NCBI GenBank assembly: GCA_001443545.1
Contig: LMAD01000002.1
Location: 61,251 to 125,250, forward strand
DNA: 64,000 bases
Direction of reading: 5' to 3'
Source of the DNA: Acidimicrobiaceae bacterium RAAP-2
GTDB lineage: Bacteria; Actinomycetota; Acidimicrobiia; Acidimicrobiales; RAAP-2
Both the position numbers and the translations under genes were made by a program. This document shows positions 26,645 to 35,061 of the stretch, one piece after another. Every line of letters starts with the position of its first letter. Position 1 is the first letter of the stretch. Below the pieces are notes generated by a model that did not search any database, had not been told where the DNA came from, and was given only the letters and a program-made list of their open reading frames with translations.

Positions 26645-27557
26645 CGCCGTCGCCGTCGTCGACTGTGGATCGAATTCAACCCGTCTCTTAGTGGCGGATG
26701 CGTCGGGGCGCACCCTGTCGCGCGAGATGCGCATCACTCGGTTGAGCGCGGGGGTTGACGCGACCGGTCGGCTGGCGCCCGACGCACTGGCTCGTACGTT
26801 CGCGGTCCTCGGCGAGTTCCGAGGGCTGATGGACGTCCTACGCGTGCGCCGGGGGATGGTCGTTGGTACATCGGCAATCCGCGACGCGGCGAATCGCGAC
26901 GAGTTCGTCGAAGGTGCGCACGAGATCACGGGGATTCAAGTGCGAGTGCTCGATGGTCAGACCGAGGCGGAGTTCTCCTACGACGGTGCGACCTCGGGGC
27001 TGGAGGCCGACCCGCGGGTCACGATGATCGTGGACGTCGGTGGGGGGAGTACCGAACTCGCGGCCCGGTTCGACGGCGTCTTGCACGCCGTCTCGATGCA
27101 ACTGGGTTGTGTCCGGGTGACCGAACGGGCCCTGGGCCGTGACGCGGTGACCGAATCGCGCCGCCTGGCGGCCCAGGCGATGATCGATGACGCAATCGAC
27201 GCGGCCGTGTCGAGCGATCCGCGGCTGGGCTCGGTGGCCGACGGTGTTCGCTTGGTGGGGCTGGCCGGCACGGTGGCGACGTTGGTCCAACTCGACCTCG
27301 GTCTCGCGCACTACGAACGGGCGGCCGTCCACCACCACCTCGTGCGCCGCACCACCGTTCAGGTGTGGCGCGACCGACTTTCGCACGAGACCCCCGAGGA
27401 GCGCCTCGCGCACGCCGGAATGGTCCACGGTCGCGAAGACGTACTGGTGGCCGGACTTATGGTGCTGGACGCGGTGATGGCGCGCGTCGGCGCCGACGAA
27501 CTGCTCAGTTCAGAGAGCGACATTCTCGACGGAGTCGCCGCGTGGTTGTTGCGGTGA
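26637..27557 (+). CDS. Ppx/GppA-family exopolyphosphatase
   Basis: VAVVDCGSNSTRLLVAD, VVGTSAIRDAANR, DVGGGSTEL. Confidence 0.9.
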   Translation: MTDAVAVVDCGSNSTRLLVADASGRTLSREMRITRLSAGVDATGRLAPDALARTFAVLGEFRGLMDVLRVRRGMVVGTSAIRDAANRDEFVEGAHEITGIQVRVLDGQTEAEFSYDGATSGLEADPRVTMIVDVGGGSTELAARFDGVLHAVSMQLGCVRVTERALGRDAVTESRRLAAQAMIDDAIDAAVSSDPRLGSVADGVRLVGLAGTVATLVQLDLGLAHYERAAVHHHLVRRTTVQVWRDRLSHETPEERLAHAGMVHGREDVLVAGLMVLDAVMARVGADELLSSESDILDGVAAWLLR

Positions 27558-27597
27558 AGCGCGACCCCGTCGTCACCTGGCACGATGGAGGGGTGAG

Positions 27598-28233
27598 GTG
27601 GCGATCGTGACGGCACGAGGGGCTCTGTACTCGTCAGTGAATCTGCACGGACGACGCGTGGTGCTGCGTACGTTGAACGAGCAGGACTACGACGGTTGGT
27701 TGGCGGTGCGGACCCGTTGTCACGACTGGCTCGTGAAGTGGGAGCCACGATCGGTACATTCACCGCACCTCGCCGAGGACCAGCGCAGCTTCGACAGTCG
27801 GTGCGCGTTGCGTGAACGCGAGCGCCAACTGGGCAGCGGCTACGGCTTCGGGATCTTCTACGACGGACGATTCGTGGGCGAATTGACCCTCTCATCGATT
27901 CAACGTGGCCCCCTCCAATCGGCCTTCGTTGGTTACTGGATCGACGAGGCGGTGGCCGGGCGAGGGTTGATGCCCGAATCGGTGGTGGTCGTCCTGCAGT
28001 ACGCCTTCGAGACACTTCGACTGCACCGGATCGAGATCAACATCATTCCGCGAAATCGGGCGTCTCGGCGGGTCGTCGAGAAGTTGGGCATCCGTTTCGA
28101 GGGGGTGGCCGAGCGCTACCTGGAGATCGACGGCGCGTGGGAGGACCACGGGCGTTACGCGATCACCGCCGAAGAGTGGGCCGATCGCGCGCCGCAGTTG
28201 GTCGCCGACTGGCTCTTGCCCCGGCCGGACTAA
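27598..28233 (+). CDS. GNAT N-acetyltransferase (RimJ/RimL-like)
   Basis: LRTLNEQDYDGWL, FVGYWIDEAVAGRG, LHRIEINIIPRNRASRRVVEKLG. Confidence 0.8.
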   Translation: MAIVTARGALYSSVNLHGRRVVLRTLNEQDYDGWLAVRTRCHDWLVKWEPRSVHSPHLAEDQRSFDSRCALRERERQLGSGYGFGIFYDGRFVGELTLSSIQRGPLQSAFVGYWIDEAVAGRGLMPESVVVVLQYAFETLRLHRIEINIIPRNRASRRVVEKLGIRFEGVAERYLEIDGAWEDHGRYAITAEEWADRAPQLVADWLLPRPD

Positions 28234-29183
28234 ACGGCCTCGACCGTTCGACCAACGAGGCCGCGCAGGTCGGTCGTACGTACGAATCCGCCGAGCCCCT
28301 CGGCCAGTGCCGTCGCGCTAACGGCGCCATCACGGGCGACCACAATGAGCGCGTCCTCGGGCCCTCGAGCGATGACCAAACCTTGGACTCTCGCCGCGCG
28401 CGCGACGCGTTCGACCGCCGCGCGATCGACGTCGGGCGCGACGACGACGACGGGATTGACGTGCTTCGTTCGTGGCAGGGCGCGCAGGTCGGTGACCATC
28501 GCGAGGGGCGCTGAGCGGAGGTGTACCGAGGAACCGCTAATATCCTCCCAGGTCACGGGGTATGGCGAGACGGTGAAGCCGAGTTGACGCGCGAGCAGGA
28601 AGAACTCCGCGTCGTAGGCGAAGCCGTCGACCATGCCCAAGAGACCGAGCAGGCGCGCCGGTGCGCGGCGAAAGGCCTTCGCGCCGCACTGGGTGTCGAC
28701 CAGGGTGACGCCGGTGTAGTGGCGAACGAGCCGATTGAACACGCGACCCGCGCCGGTGCGCGCTCGTGACTGGTAGCGGATGTGCCCATCTTTGGCGCGG
28801 GACCCGGGTACGAGGTCGGCCCCGTCGAGCCGGTCCACCATGGCGCGGTAGTGGCGGGGGTCGATTGCCATGTCTGCGTCCACGGCGAGGATCCGTTCGC
28901 CACGCGCCACGGCGACGCCGAGGCGGACCGCCGCCCCCTTGCCGCGGTTCGACGGCTGGCGCACGACCAGCGAATGCGGGAGTGCGCCGTAGACCGCCAG
29001 GGCCTCGCGCGCCGTATCGTCGGTGGAGCCGTCGTCGACGATGACGAATTCGGTGCGTTGGGGGTCGAGGTCCCCCAAGACTGGTTCGAGCCGGGCGAAG
29101 CCACGGCTCAGTCGAGCCGCTTCGTTGAAGGCCGGGACGACGACGGTGATGTCGATGGCGGGGTCGTTAGGGTCGGGCGGCAC
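28230..29183 (-). CDS. GT2 glycosyltransferase (polyprenyl-phosphate sugar synthase-like) with an uncharacterised C-terminal extension of about 95 aa
   Basis: ITVVVPAFNEAARL, FVIVDDGSTDDT, AVDADMA, TQCGAKAF. The C-terminal part (VVVAPDVDRAAVERVARAA...) was not recognised. Confidence 0.85.
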   Translation of the reverse strand: MPPDPNDPAIDITVVVPAFNEAARLSRGFARLEPVLGDLDPQRTEFVIVDDGSTDDTAREALAVYGALPHSLVVRQPSNRGKGAAVRLGVAVARGERILAVDADMAIDPRHYRAMVDRLDGADLVPGSRAKDGHIRYQSRARTGAGRVFNRLVRHYTGVTLVDTQCGAKAFRRAPARLLGLLGMVDGFAYDAEFFLLARQLGFTVSPYPVTWEDISGSSVHLRSAPLAMVTDLRALPRTKHVNPVVVVAPDVDRAAVERVARAARVQGLVIARGPEDALIVVARDGAVSATALAEGLGGFVRTTDLRGLVGRTVEAV

Positions 29184-30345
29184 CGATGAGTCCGAACGTG
29201 AAGATTGGCGCGAAACTGATATGGGTGCCGGCGCTCGCGGCGGCGATGATCGTGTTGGTGCCCCACGGTCCGCTTCCGGCGTACATCACGACGTGGTCGA
29301 CCAGGTGGTCGCCGTCGAGGTTGTAGTAGAAGAGGAGGTCGCCCGGCTGGAGTTGGCTGAGTGGGATGTGGCGCAGGGCCGGCCACTCCGTCTCCGTTGT
29401 TCGCGGAATCGTGAATCCGGCCTTCGCCCACGCCCACTGGACCAGGCCGGAGCAGTCGAAGCCCTTGCCGGGCGTCTCGCCGCCCCAGACGTAGGGGACG
29501 CCGATCTGGGAGATGGCCGCGGCGAGCGCCGCCCGACCGGCCGCCGACCCGGCGGTGCCACCGGTGAAGATCGGTGGCGTGGCGGCCTGGATGGCCGCGA
29601 GGACCAGGTTCGCGGCACTCTGCCCGCCCACCGAAGCCGCCGCCGAGACCGCGGCCTGCTCCTGGGCCACGTCTCGCACCTTCGCGGCCGCCGTCCCGAC
29701 TTGCACCTCGTAGGTGATGATCTGCTGCTTCAGTGACTTGGTCACCGCGGTGAGCGTGGCTTGGGTCGTTGCTTCGTTGCGGATGTTCTGGGCGAGGAGG
29801 TCTCGCATGGTGTTCTCTTGTTGATGCGCCTGGAGACGTTGAGCGGCTAACTGGGCGATCGTCGAGTCGAGGGAGCGCTTCTCGTGTCGGTATCGCTGTC
29901 GAAGGTGCGTCAGGTTTCCGATTGCTTGATCCTGGTACACGGTGCGCGCGTCGCTCGACGTGATCGATTGGTCGAAGAGGGCGATGGCCTGAGCGTCGGC
30001 CGAACCAAGGACGTAGGCCCGCACGACGGCCGTGACTAGTTGGTGCGAGGTGACCAGGATGGCCGCGCGCTTCAGGGTCTCTCGACCTTCGAGGCGTTTG
30101 ACGTTGGTCGTGATGTTGGCGAACTGGACCTTGGCGGCGTCGTACGCGTTGGCGGTGGTCTCGCTCGTTCGCTGCTGCTGGGCGAGCGTGGCCGACAGCG
30201 CGGCGATTTCAGCGCGGGTTTGGGCAATCGTCTGGGCACCCGAGGTCGAGGACAGCAGGGTCGCGGTCATCGCCACGGCGACGAGCACCGTGAAGAATCG
30301 ACTATTCATTGAACGGGCCGTGCCCCGACGACGCACGCGGTTCAT
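29167..30345 (-). CDS. Secreted NlpC/P60 peptidoglycan endopeptidase with an N-terminal coiled coil (RipA-like architecture)
   Basis: A signal peptide and a long Ala/Gln-rich coiled coil precede the C-terminal GVPYVWGGETPGKGFDCSGLVQWAW...GDLLFY...HVVMY. Confidence 0.9.
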   Translation of the reverse strand: MNRVRRRGTARSMNSRFFTVLVAVAMTATLLSSTSGAQTIAQTRAEIAALSATLAQQQRTSETTANAYDAAKVQFANITTNVKRLEGRETLKRAAILVTSHQLVTAVVRAYVLGSADAQAIALFDQSITSSDARTVYQDQAIGNLTHLRQRYRHEKRSLDSTIAQLAAQRLQAHQQENTMRDLLAQNIRNEATTQATLTAVTKSLKQQIITYEVQVGTAAAKVRDVAQEQAAVSAAASVGGQSAANLVLAAIQAATPPIFTGGTAGSAAGRAALAAAISQIGVPYVWGGETPGKGFDCSGLVQWAWAKAGFTIPRTTETEWPALRHIPLSQLQPGDLLFYYNLDGDHLVDHVVMYAGSGPWGTNTIIAAASAGTHISFAPIFTFGLIGAARP

Positions 30346-30439
30346 TGTTTCAGCCTAGACAGGCTCGGCCACGAAATCGGCCCACCGCCCGATTCACCGA
30401 CACGGCGTTGATGCGTTACGGTGTCAAGCACGATCGCGC

Positions 30440-30513
30440 GGGGGCGTAGCCCAATTGGCAGAGGCAGGGCGCTTAAACCGCCTCCAGTGAGGGTTCGAGT
30501 CCCTCCGCCCCTA
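30440..30513 (+). tRNA. Class-I (short variable loop) tRNA with anticodon UAA (nominally Leu), no encoded CCA: atypical
   Basis: Hand fold: acceptor GGGGGCG/CGCCCCT (G1-U72), D arm GCCC-AATTGGCAG-AGGC. Anticodon stem GGGCG/CGCCT, loop C-T-TAA-A-C, 5-nt variable loop CCAGT. T arm GAGGG-TTCGAGT-CCCTC, discriminator A. Confidence 0.7.
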
Positions 30514-30554
30514 CGCGCTCGGTCGGGTCGCGCATTTTTAGTAGCGTTGCCCCC

Positions 30555-31328
30555 GTGGCTAAGAGCGCAGCGGGTAAATGGGTTAGTCGGGTCGGATCGT
30601 CGGGTGGCGGCCGGTCCTACAAGAAGTCGAGGCCGTCAAATTTCTACGGCGCCCTGGTCGTAATCGTCGTCCTCGGGCTCGCGGCCACCGTGTTGTCGCG
30701 CTACGAGTATCAGAACCCGAGCGCCGGACCGGCGTCGACGCCTCCGACGGTCGGGACGACGTGGTACGCGGCCCTGTCAATCGACAACTGCGGCACGCCA
30801 GCGTCGCCCCTGGCGCCGGACCCCGCGACGACGGGTGGGTTCACCGTCGAGGCGAACAACGTCGTCAAGGTCAGCCCGGTCACGAAGGCCGACGCCGGGA
30901 ACAACGCGACGCTGGCCCAGCTCTCACGTGAGTACACCGGTCTTCTCGCTACCTCGACCGAGCTCAGTTACCCGACGGCGCACGGGACGACGACGTTGAA
31001 GAACGGCGCGACGTGCGCGCCCAAGACCAAGTACGCCGGCAAGACCGGCCAGGTCTCCTACGCGTACTGGTCGACGCTCGCCCAGCAGAAGCCCACCGTC
31101 ACGACCGATCCGAGCACCATCAAGTTCTCGCAGTACCTGCGCGTGACGATGGCCTTCTTGCCGAGCGGTGTCACGCCGAGGGCTCCGTCGAAGTCGACGG
31201 TCACGGCGATGGTCAAGACGGCGGTCACCCCGGTAACGACGACGACGCTCGCCCCGGTCACGACGACAACGGCCAAGTCGACGACGACGTCTTCGTCGGT
31301 CACGACGACGACTGCGCCGAAGGGCTAA
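30555..31328 (+). CDS. Membrane-anchored exported protein with a poly-Thr C-terminal region (hypothetical)
   Basis: The basic N-terminus is followed by a TM (FYGALVVIVVLGLAATVL). The C-terminus reads VTTTTLAPVTTTTAKSTTTSSSVTTTTAPKG. No family recognised. Confidence 0.65.
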   Translation: MAKSAAGKWVSRVGSSGGGRSYKKSRPSNFYGALVVIVVLGLAATVLSRYEYQNPSAGPASTPPTVGTTWYAALSIDNCGTPASPLAPDPATTGGFTVEANNVVKVSPVTKADAGNNATLAQLSREYTGLLATSTELSYPTAHGTTTLKNGATCAPKTKYAGKTGQVSYAYWSTLAQQKPTVTTDPSTIKFSQYLRVTMAFLPSGVTPRAPSKSTVTAMVKTAVTPVTTTTLAPVTTTTAKSTTTSSSVTTTTAPKG

Positions 31329-31329
31329 C

Positions 31330-32352
31330 TTGCAGGCCGTCATCCTCGTCGGTGGCATGGGGACGCGGCTCCGTCCACTGACCTACGAGACGCCCAAGCA
31401 GATGCTGCCGCTCGTCGGTGTGCCGATGATCGAGTGCGCCTTGGAAAACCTGGCTCGCCACGGGGTCACCGACGTCGTGCTCGCACTGGGGTATTTGCCC
31501 GACCGATTCATCGAGGCGTACCCCGATAACGTGATCGCCGGTATCAAGGTGACCTACGCGGTGGAACCTGAGCCGCTCGACACCGCCGGGGCGATTCGCT
31601 ACGCCGCCAGGGAGGCCGGCATCGCCGAGACCTTCATCGTCGTGAACGGCGACGTCGTCACGGACCTCGACGTGACCTCGTTACTGGCCTTTCACCGAAG
31701 CACTGGTGCCACGGCGTCGATCGCACTCCACCCGGTCGTCGATCCGTCGTTGTTCGGTGTGGTACCAACGACGCCCGAGGGGCGGGTTCTCGCCTTCGTC
31801 GAGAAACCACCGCGCGATGAGGCGCCCACCAACCTGATCAACGCCGGTACCTACATCATGGAGCCGACGGTGCTGGACCGTATTTCCGCCACCGGCCGGG
31901 TGAGCGTGGAACGCGAGACGTTCCCGGCGCTCGCGGGCGCCGGTGAACTCTACGCCATGGCTGATCACGCCTATTGGCTCGACACCGGCACCCCCCACGC
32001 TTATCTCCAAGCCAACGTCGATATCTTGCGCGGCCGCGACGGTCGTAACGTACCGGCCATTCACGACGGCTCGTGGTCGCACGCGACCAGCCGGGTACAC
32101 GAGACGGCGACGTTGCGAAACGCCGTCGTCGACCAGGACTGCGAGGTCGGGGCGGGGGCGTTCATCGAACGGGCCGTGCTCCTGCCCGGCGCGGTCGTGG
32201 GCGAAGGCGCCGTGGTGCGGTGGTCGATCATCGGTCCCGAGGCCGTGATCGGCGAATACGCCGAACTGGGACCGACCTGCGTGGTCGGCGCCAAGGAGCG
32301 CGTCGCGCCTGGATCGGTGCTGAGCGGCGACGTCCGGCTCGGTGGCGTGTGA
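31330..32352 (+). CDS. Sugar-1-phosphate nucleotidyltransferase, probably mannose-1-phosphate guanylyltransferase, with a C-terminal hexapeptide-repeat domain
   Basis: AVILVGGMGTRLRPLTYETPKQMLPL, NGDVVTDLD, EKP. TTG start at 31330. The position matches the mycobacterial Rv3264c slot next to fbiAB. Confidence 0.8.
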   Translation: MQAVILVGGMGTRLRPLTYETPKQMLPLVGVPMIECALENLARHGVTDVVLALGYLPDRFIEAYPDNVIAGIKVTYAVEPEPLDTAGAIRYAAREAGIAETFIVVNGDVVTDLDVTSLLAFHRSTGATASIALHPVVDPSLFGVVPTTPEGRVLAFVEKPPRDEAPTNLINAGTYIMEPTVLDRISATGRVSVERETFPALAGAGELYAMADHAYWLDTGTPHAYLQANVDILRGRDGRNVPAIHDGSWSHATSRVHETATLRNAVVDQDCEVGAGAFIERAVLLPGAVVGEGAVVRWSIIGPEAVIGEYAELGPTCVVGAKERVAPGSVLSGDVRLGGV

Positions 32353-32353
32353 T

Positions 32354-33061
32354 CTAGCGAAAGAGGTCGCCGTTGACCGGGCGAATGATGTCGCGGGTCA
32401 CCGAACCGTCACCGAAGTAGGTCGGGTCCAAGCCCCGCAGCAGCGCGAATGGGGTGCCGGCGGCTTTGCCGAGCACGAGATTGGCGGCGCCGGCGATCTC
32501 GTCGGCGATCGCCACTTCGGTCGCTTCGAGCGTGCGACCCGTGGCGTCGACCGTGCCCCGTAGATCGAGTACGGTTCGAAGCCCGGCGGCCCCAATGGCC
32601 ACGTCGGTCACGCCGTGACGCCAGGCACGCCCGAAGGTATCGGTGATGACGACGCCCACGTCCACGTCGCGTCGGACTCGAAGCCCGGCGCGTAGACGTC
32701 GCGCCGAACGATCGGGGTCGACTGGCAACAGCACCGCGGTTCCCGGTTCGGTATTCGAGAGGTCGACCCCGGCGTTGGCGTTGACGAATCCGTGATGCGT
32801 CTCGGTGATCCGCAGCGTGCCTCGTCGGCGCAGGATACGGCGAGATTCGGATTCGATGAGGGCGAGTTTCGCGTGGTCGGTGCCGTCGAATGGTACGACG
32901 CGACCTTCGGCCTTCGCGATCACCTTGCTCGTGACCACGATCACGTCACCGTCGGTGGGGGCCTCACCCGCCTGGTCGAGGGCGTCGAGGAGGAGGGTGA
33001 GGATATCGCTCTCGGCGCTCACGGACGCGCGCAGGGCGATGGGGGTGATGACGAGGCTCAC
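32354..33061 (-). CDS. cofE: Coenzyme F420:L-glutamate ligase, single-domain CofE (no FbiB-type C-terminal nitroreductase-like domain)
   Basis: VIVVTSKVIAKAEGR, ETHHGFVNANAGVDLSN, ITDTFGRAWRHGVTDVAIG, ADEIAGAANLVLGKA. GTG 33061 overlaps the cofD stop (GTGA). The His/Arg-rich 5' extension of the tracked ORF is rejected. Confidence 0.85.
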   Translation of the reverse strand: MSLVITPIALRASVSAESDILTLLLDALDQAGEAPTDGDVIVVTSKVIAKAEGRVVPFDGTDHAKLALIESESRRILRRRGTLRITETHHGFVNANAGVDLSNTEPGTAVLLPVDPDRSARRLRAGLRVRRDVDVGVVITDTFGRAWRHGVTDVAIGAAGLRTVLDLRGTVDATGRTLEATEVAIADEIAGAANLVLGKAAGTPFALLRGLDPTYFGDGSVTRDIIRPVNGDLFR

Positions 33062-33972
33062 GTCAGCACCGCCGCGGCTAAGGCGACGTCGTGATCGGCG
33101 CGTCCCATGATGGTGGTGGTGACCCGTACGTCGAACCCGCGGCGGGTCAGTTCGTCGGCGTGGCCGGCGTCGGCGTGGTCGATGACCCACGTTCCAACGA
33201 GCTCGCCGTAAAAGTCGGCGACGCCGACGCAACTGACGTCGTACCCGAGCTCGCCGAGCAACCGGTCGGCGGGCCCCTTGAGGGCGGCGCCGTTGACGAT
33301 AGGTGACACCGCGACGACGTCGGTGCGACGTCGAGCGAGCGCGTCGCGTATACCGGGGATCTGCAATATCGGGTCAATCGAGATCACCGGATTGGACGGT
33401 GCGATGACGATACGCTCGGCCTCGTTCAGTGCGGCGAGGGCCACCGCGGTCGGGCGAGCCGCGGTCGCGCCGACGATCTCGACACGGGTGACCGGAATCT
33501 CGTGGTGGTGGCGCACGAAATATTCCTGGAACGAGAGACGTCCCAAACCCGTTTCGAACACGGTCGACACGGGGTCATCGGTGACGGGCAGGAGCGTCAC
33601 CGCTACGCCGAGCGAGGCCGCGAGCTCGGCGCTGACCAGTGTTTTCGTCGCCCCGGCAGCTAATCGTTGACTGCGATAGAGGTGGGTGGCGAGGTCTCGG
33701 TCGCCGAGCCGGAACCAGGACTCACCACCGAGGGCCGTGAGTTCGTCCATGACTCGCCAGCTCTCGCCGGCGAGCCCCCAACCGGTCTCGTCGTTGTTGA
33801 GCCCGGCGAGGGTATAGAGGATGGTGTCCAGGTCCGGGCAGATGGTCAGTCCGTGCATGACGAGGTCGTCGCCGACGTTCACGACCGCGCGCAACTGGCG
33901 CGCGTCGCGCGCGTCGCGCAGCACTCGTAGGAGGCGTGCGGCGCCGACGCCACCGCTGAGAACGGTAATCAC
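33058..33972 (-). CDS. cofD: 2-phospho-L-lactate (or equivalent) transferase CofD/FbiA
   Basis: VITVLSGGVGAARLL, NVGDD, DETGWGL, IAPSNPVISIDPIL. GTG 33972 was chosen by homology to the usual M-x-VTVLxGG start. ATG 34074 would add an Arg-rich 34-aa extension. Confidence 0.85.
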   Translation of the reverse strand: MITVLSGGVGAARLLRVLRDARDARQLRAVVNVGDDLVMHGLTICPDLDTILYTLAGLNNDETGWGLAGESWRVMDELTALGGESWFRLGDRDLATHLYRSQRLAAGATKTLVSAELAASLGVAVTLLPVTDDPVSTVFETGLGRLSFQEYFVRHHHEIPVTRVEIVGATAARPTAVALAALNEAERIVIAPSNPVISIDPILQIPGIRDALARRRTDVVAVSPIVNGAALKGPADRLLGELGYDVSCVGVADFYGELVGTWVIDHADAGHADELTRRGFDVRVTTTIMGRADHDVALAAAVLT

Positions 33973-34206
33973 CCTGGAAACCTTACGTGGCCCTCGAACG
34001 GTCCGGTTCACCGCTCGTGGCCGATACCGCGTGGTCCCGCGACCGGTTCGAAACCGAGTTGGCCGGCGGACCATGTCACCGGGGTGCAGGGTACCGGCTC
34101 ATTTCGACGGAGGCGTCGAGGCTACCGTCGCGCGAGTGTGGCTCGGTACTCCGCGTAGTCGGCGACGGTGGAGGACGACTGACCCGGTCCAGTCGGTGGT
34201 GGCCGG

Positions 34207-35061
34207 ATGGTGAGCCCGGGGAAGGCGCACGCCTTAACATCGGTGTCCGTGGACGCATCGACGATTCTTGACGGTTGGCCGGGGTCGCCCACGGTTGGTG
34301 TGCTGCGACTCGTGGATGGCGTCATCGAGGAGGTCGCGGCGTCCGGCGATCTCGACGCGCAACGCCCGTGGGCGTCGGTCTCCAAACTCGTGGTCGCGAT
34401 GGCCATCGGGGTCGAAGTCGATTGGGGCTTGCACCGATACGACGACGAACTCGGCCCGCCGGGAGCGACGTTGGCGCACCACCTGTCGCACAGTGCGGGA
34501 TTCGGGCTGGAGGCGGGGGACGCCACGGCGCCGGTGGGGACCAAGCGCGTCTACTCCAACGTGGCCGTCGACCGGGCGGTCGCGTGGGTGGTCGGTGGCG
34601 AATCACCCGGTCGGTGGCTGGACGATCGAGTCTTTAGCGGCCTCGGCATGGACCGCACCGTGCTCGACGGCCGACCCGCGGCGGGGGTCGTGGGTTCGAC
34701 GCGCGACCTGATGACTTTCGCCGGGGTGTGGTTGCGCTCGGACGGGCTCGCCGTGGCGACGCGCGACCTCATCGTGTCACCCCACCTCGCCGAACTCGAC
34801 GGCATCGTTCCCGGATTTGGCCGATTTCGTCCCTGTCCGTGGGGATTGGGTCCCGAGATTCGTGGCGACAAGGGTCATTGGATGGGTGACTGGCCATCCG
34901 ACAGCGCGGGGCACTTCGGAAAGAGTGGTGCGCTCGTCCTGTTCAACGTGCGCGAACGGATCGCGGTCGTGGCGACGAGCACCGTCGCGTTCGGTCCGTG
35001 GGCCGTGGCCCTGTGGCCGAGTTGGACCTCCGCGATACGAACGCTCGCGTTGACCTCGTGA
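34207..35061 (+). CDS. Serine hydrolase of the beta-lactamase/transpeptidase-like family
   Basis: SxxK motif in RPWASVSKLVVAMAIG; YSN in KRVYSNVAV. Confidence 0.7.
   Translation: MVSPGKAHALTSVSVDASTILDGWPGSPTVGVLRLVDGVIEEVAASGDLDAQRPWASVSKLVVAMAIGVEVDWGLHRYDDELGPPGATLAHHLSHSAGFGLEAGDATAPVGTKRVYSNVAVDRAVAWVVGGESPGRWLDDRVFSGLGMDRTVLDGRPAAGVVGSTRDLMTFAGVWLRSDGLAVATRDLIVSPHLAELDGIVPGFGRFRPCPWGLGPEIRGDKGHWMGDWPSDSAGHFGKSGALVLFNVRERIAVVATSTVAFGPWAVALWPSWTSAIRTLALTS

Noticed and set aside
30346-30439. Possible c-di-AMP (ydaO) riboswitch upstream of the NlpC/P60 gene (and at 4780-4916)
   Set aside because: Cell-wall hydrolase genes often carry this riboswitch, so I looked for it. The leader here is only about 90 nt, and I could not find the conserved ACCCGA-CAGCT-ACCTCG / GGGGTGAATC cores in either leader. 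This needs an Infernal scan to be certain.
33973-34206. Search for a WhiB-like (four-Cys) small gene in the 234-nt gap next to cofD, where whiB2 lies in mycobacteria
   Set aside because: The ORFs in this gap (33987..34271 plus strand, 34076..34258 minus strand) have at most two Cys, are Arg/Pro/Ser-rich and have no SD. They are treated as non-coding promoter space.
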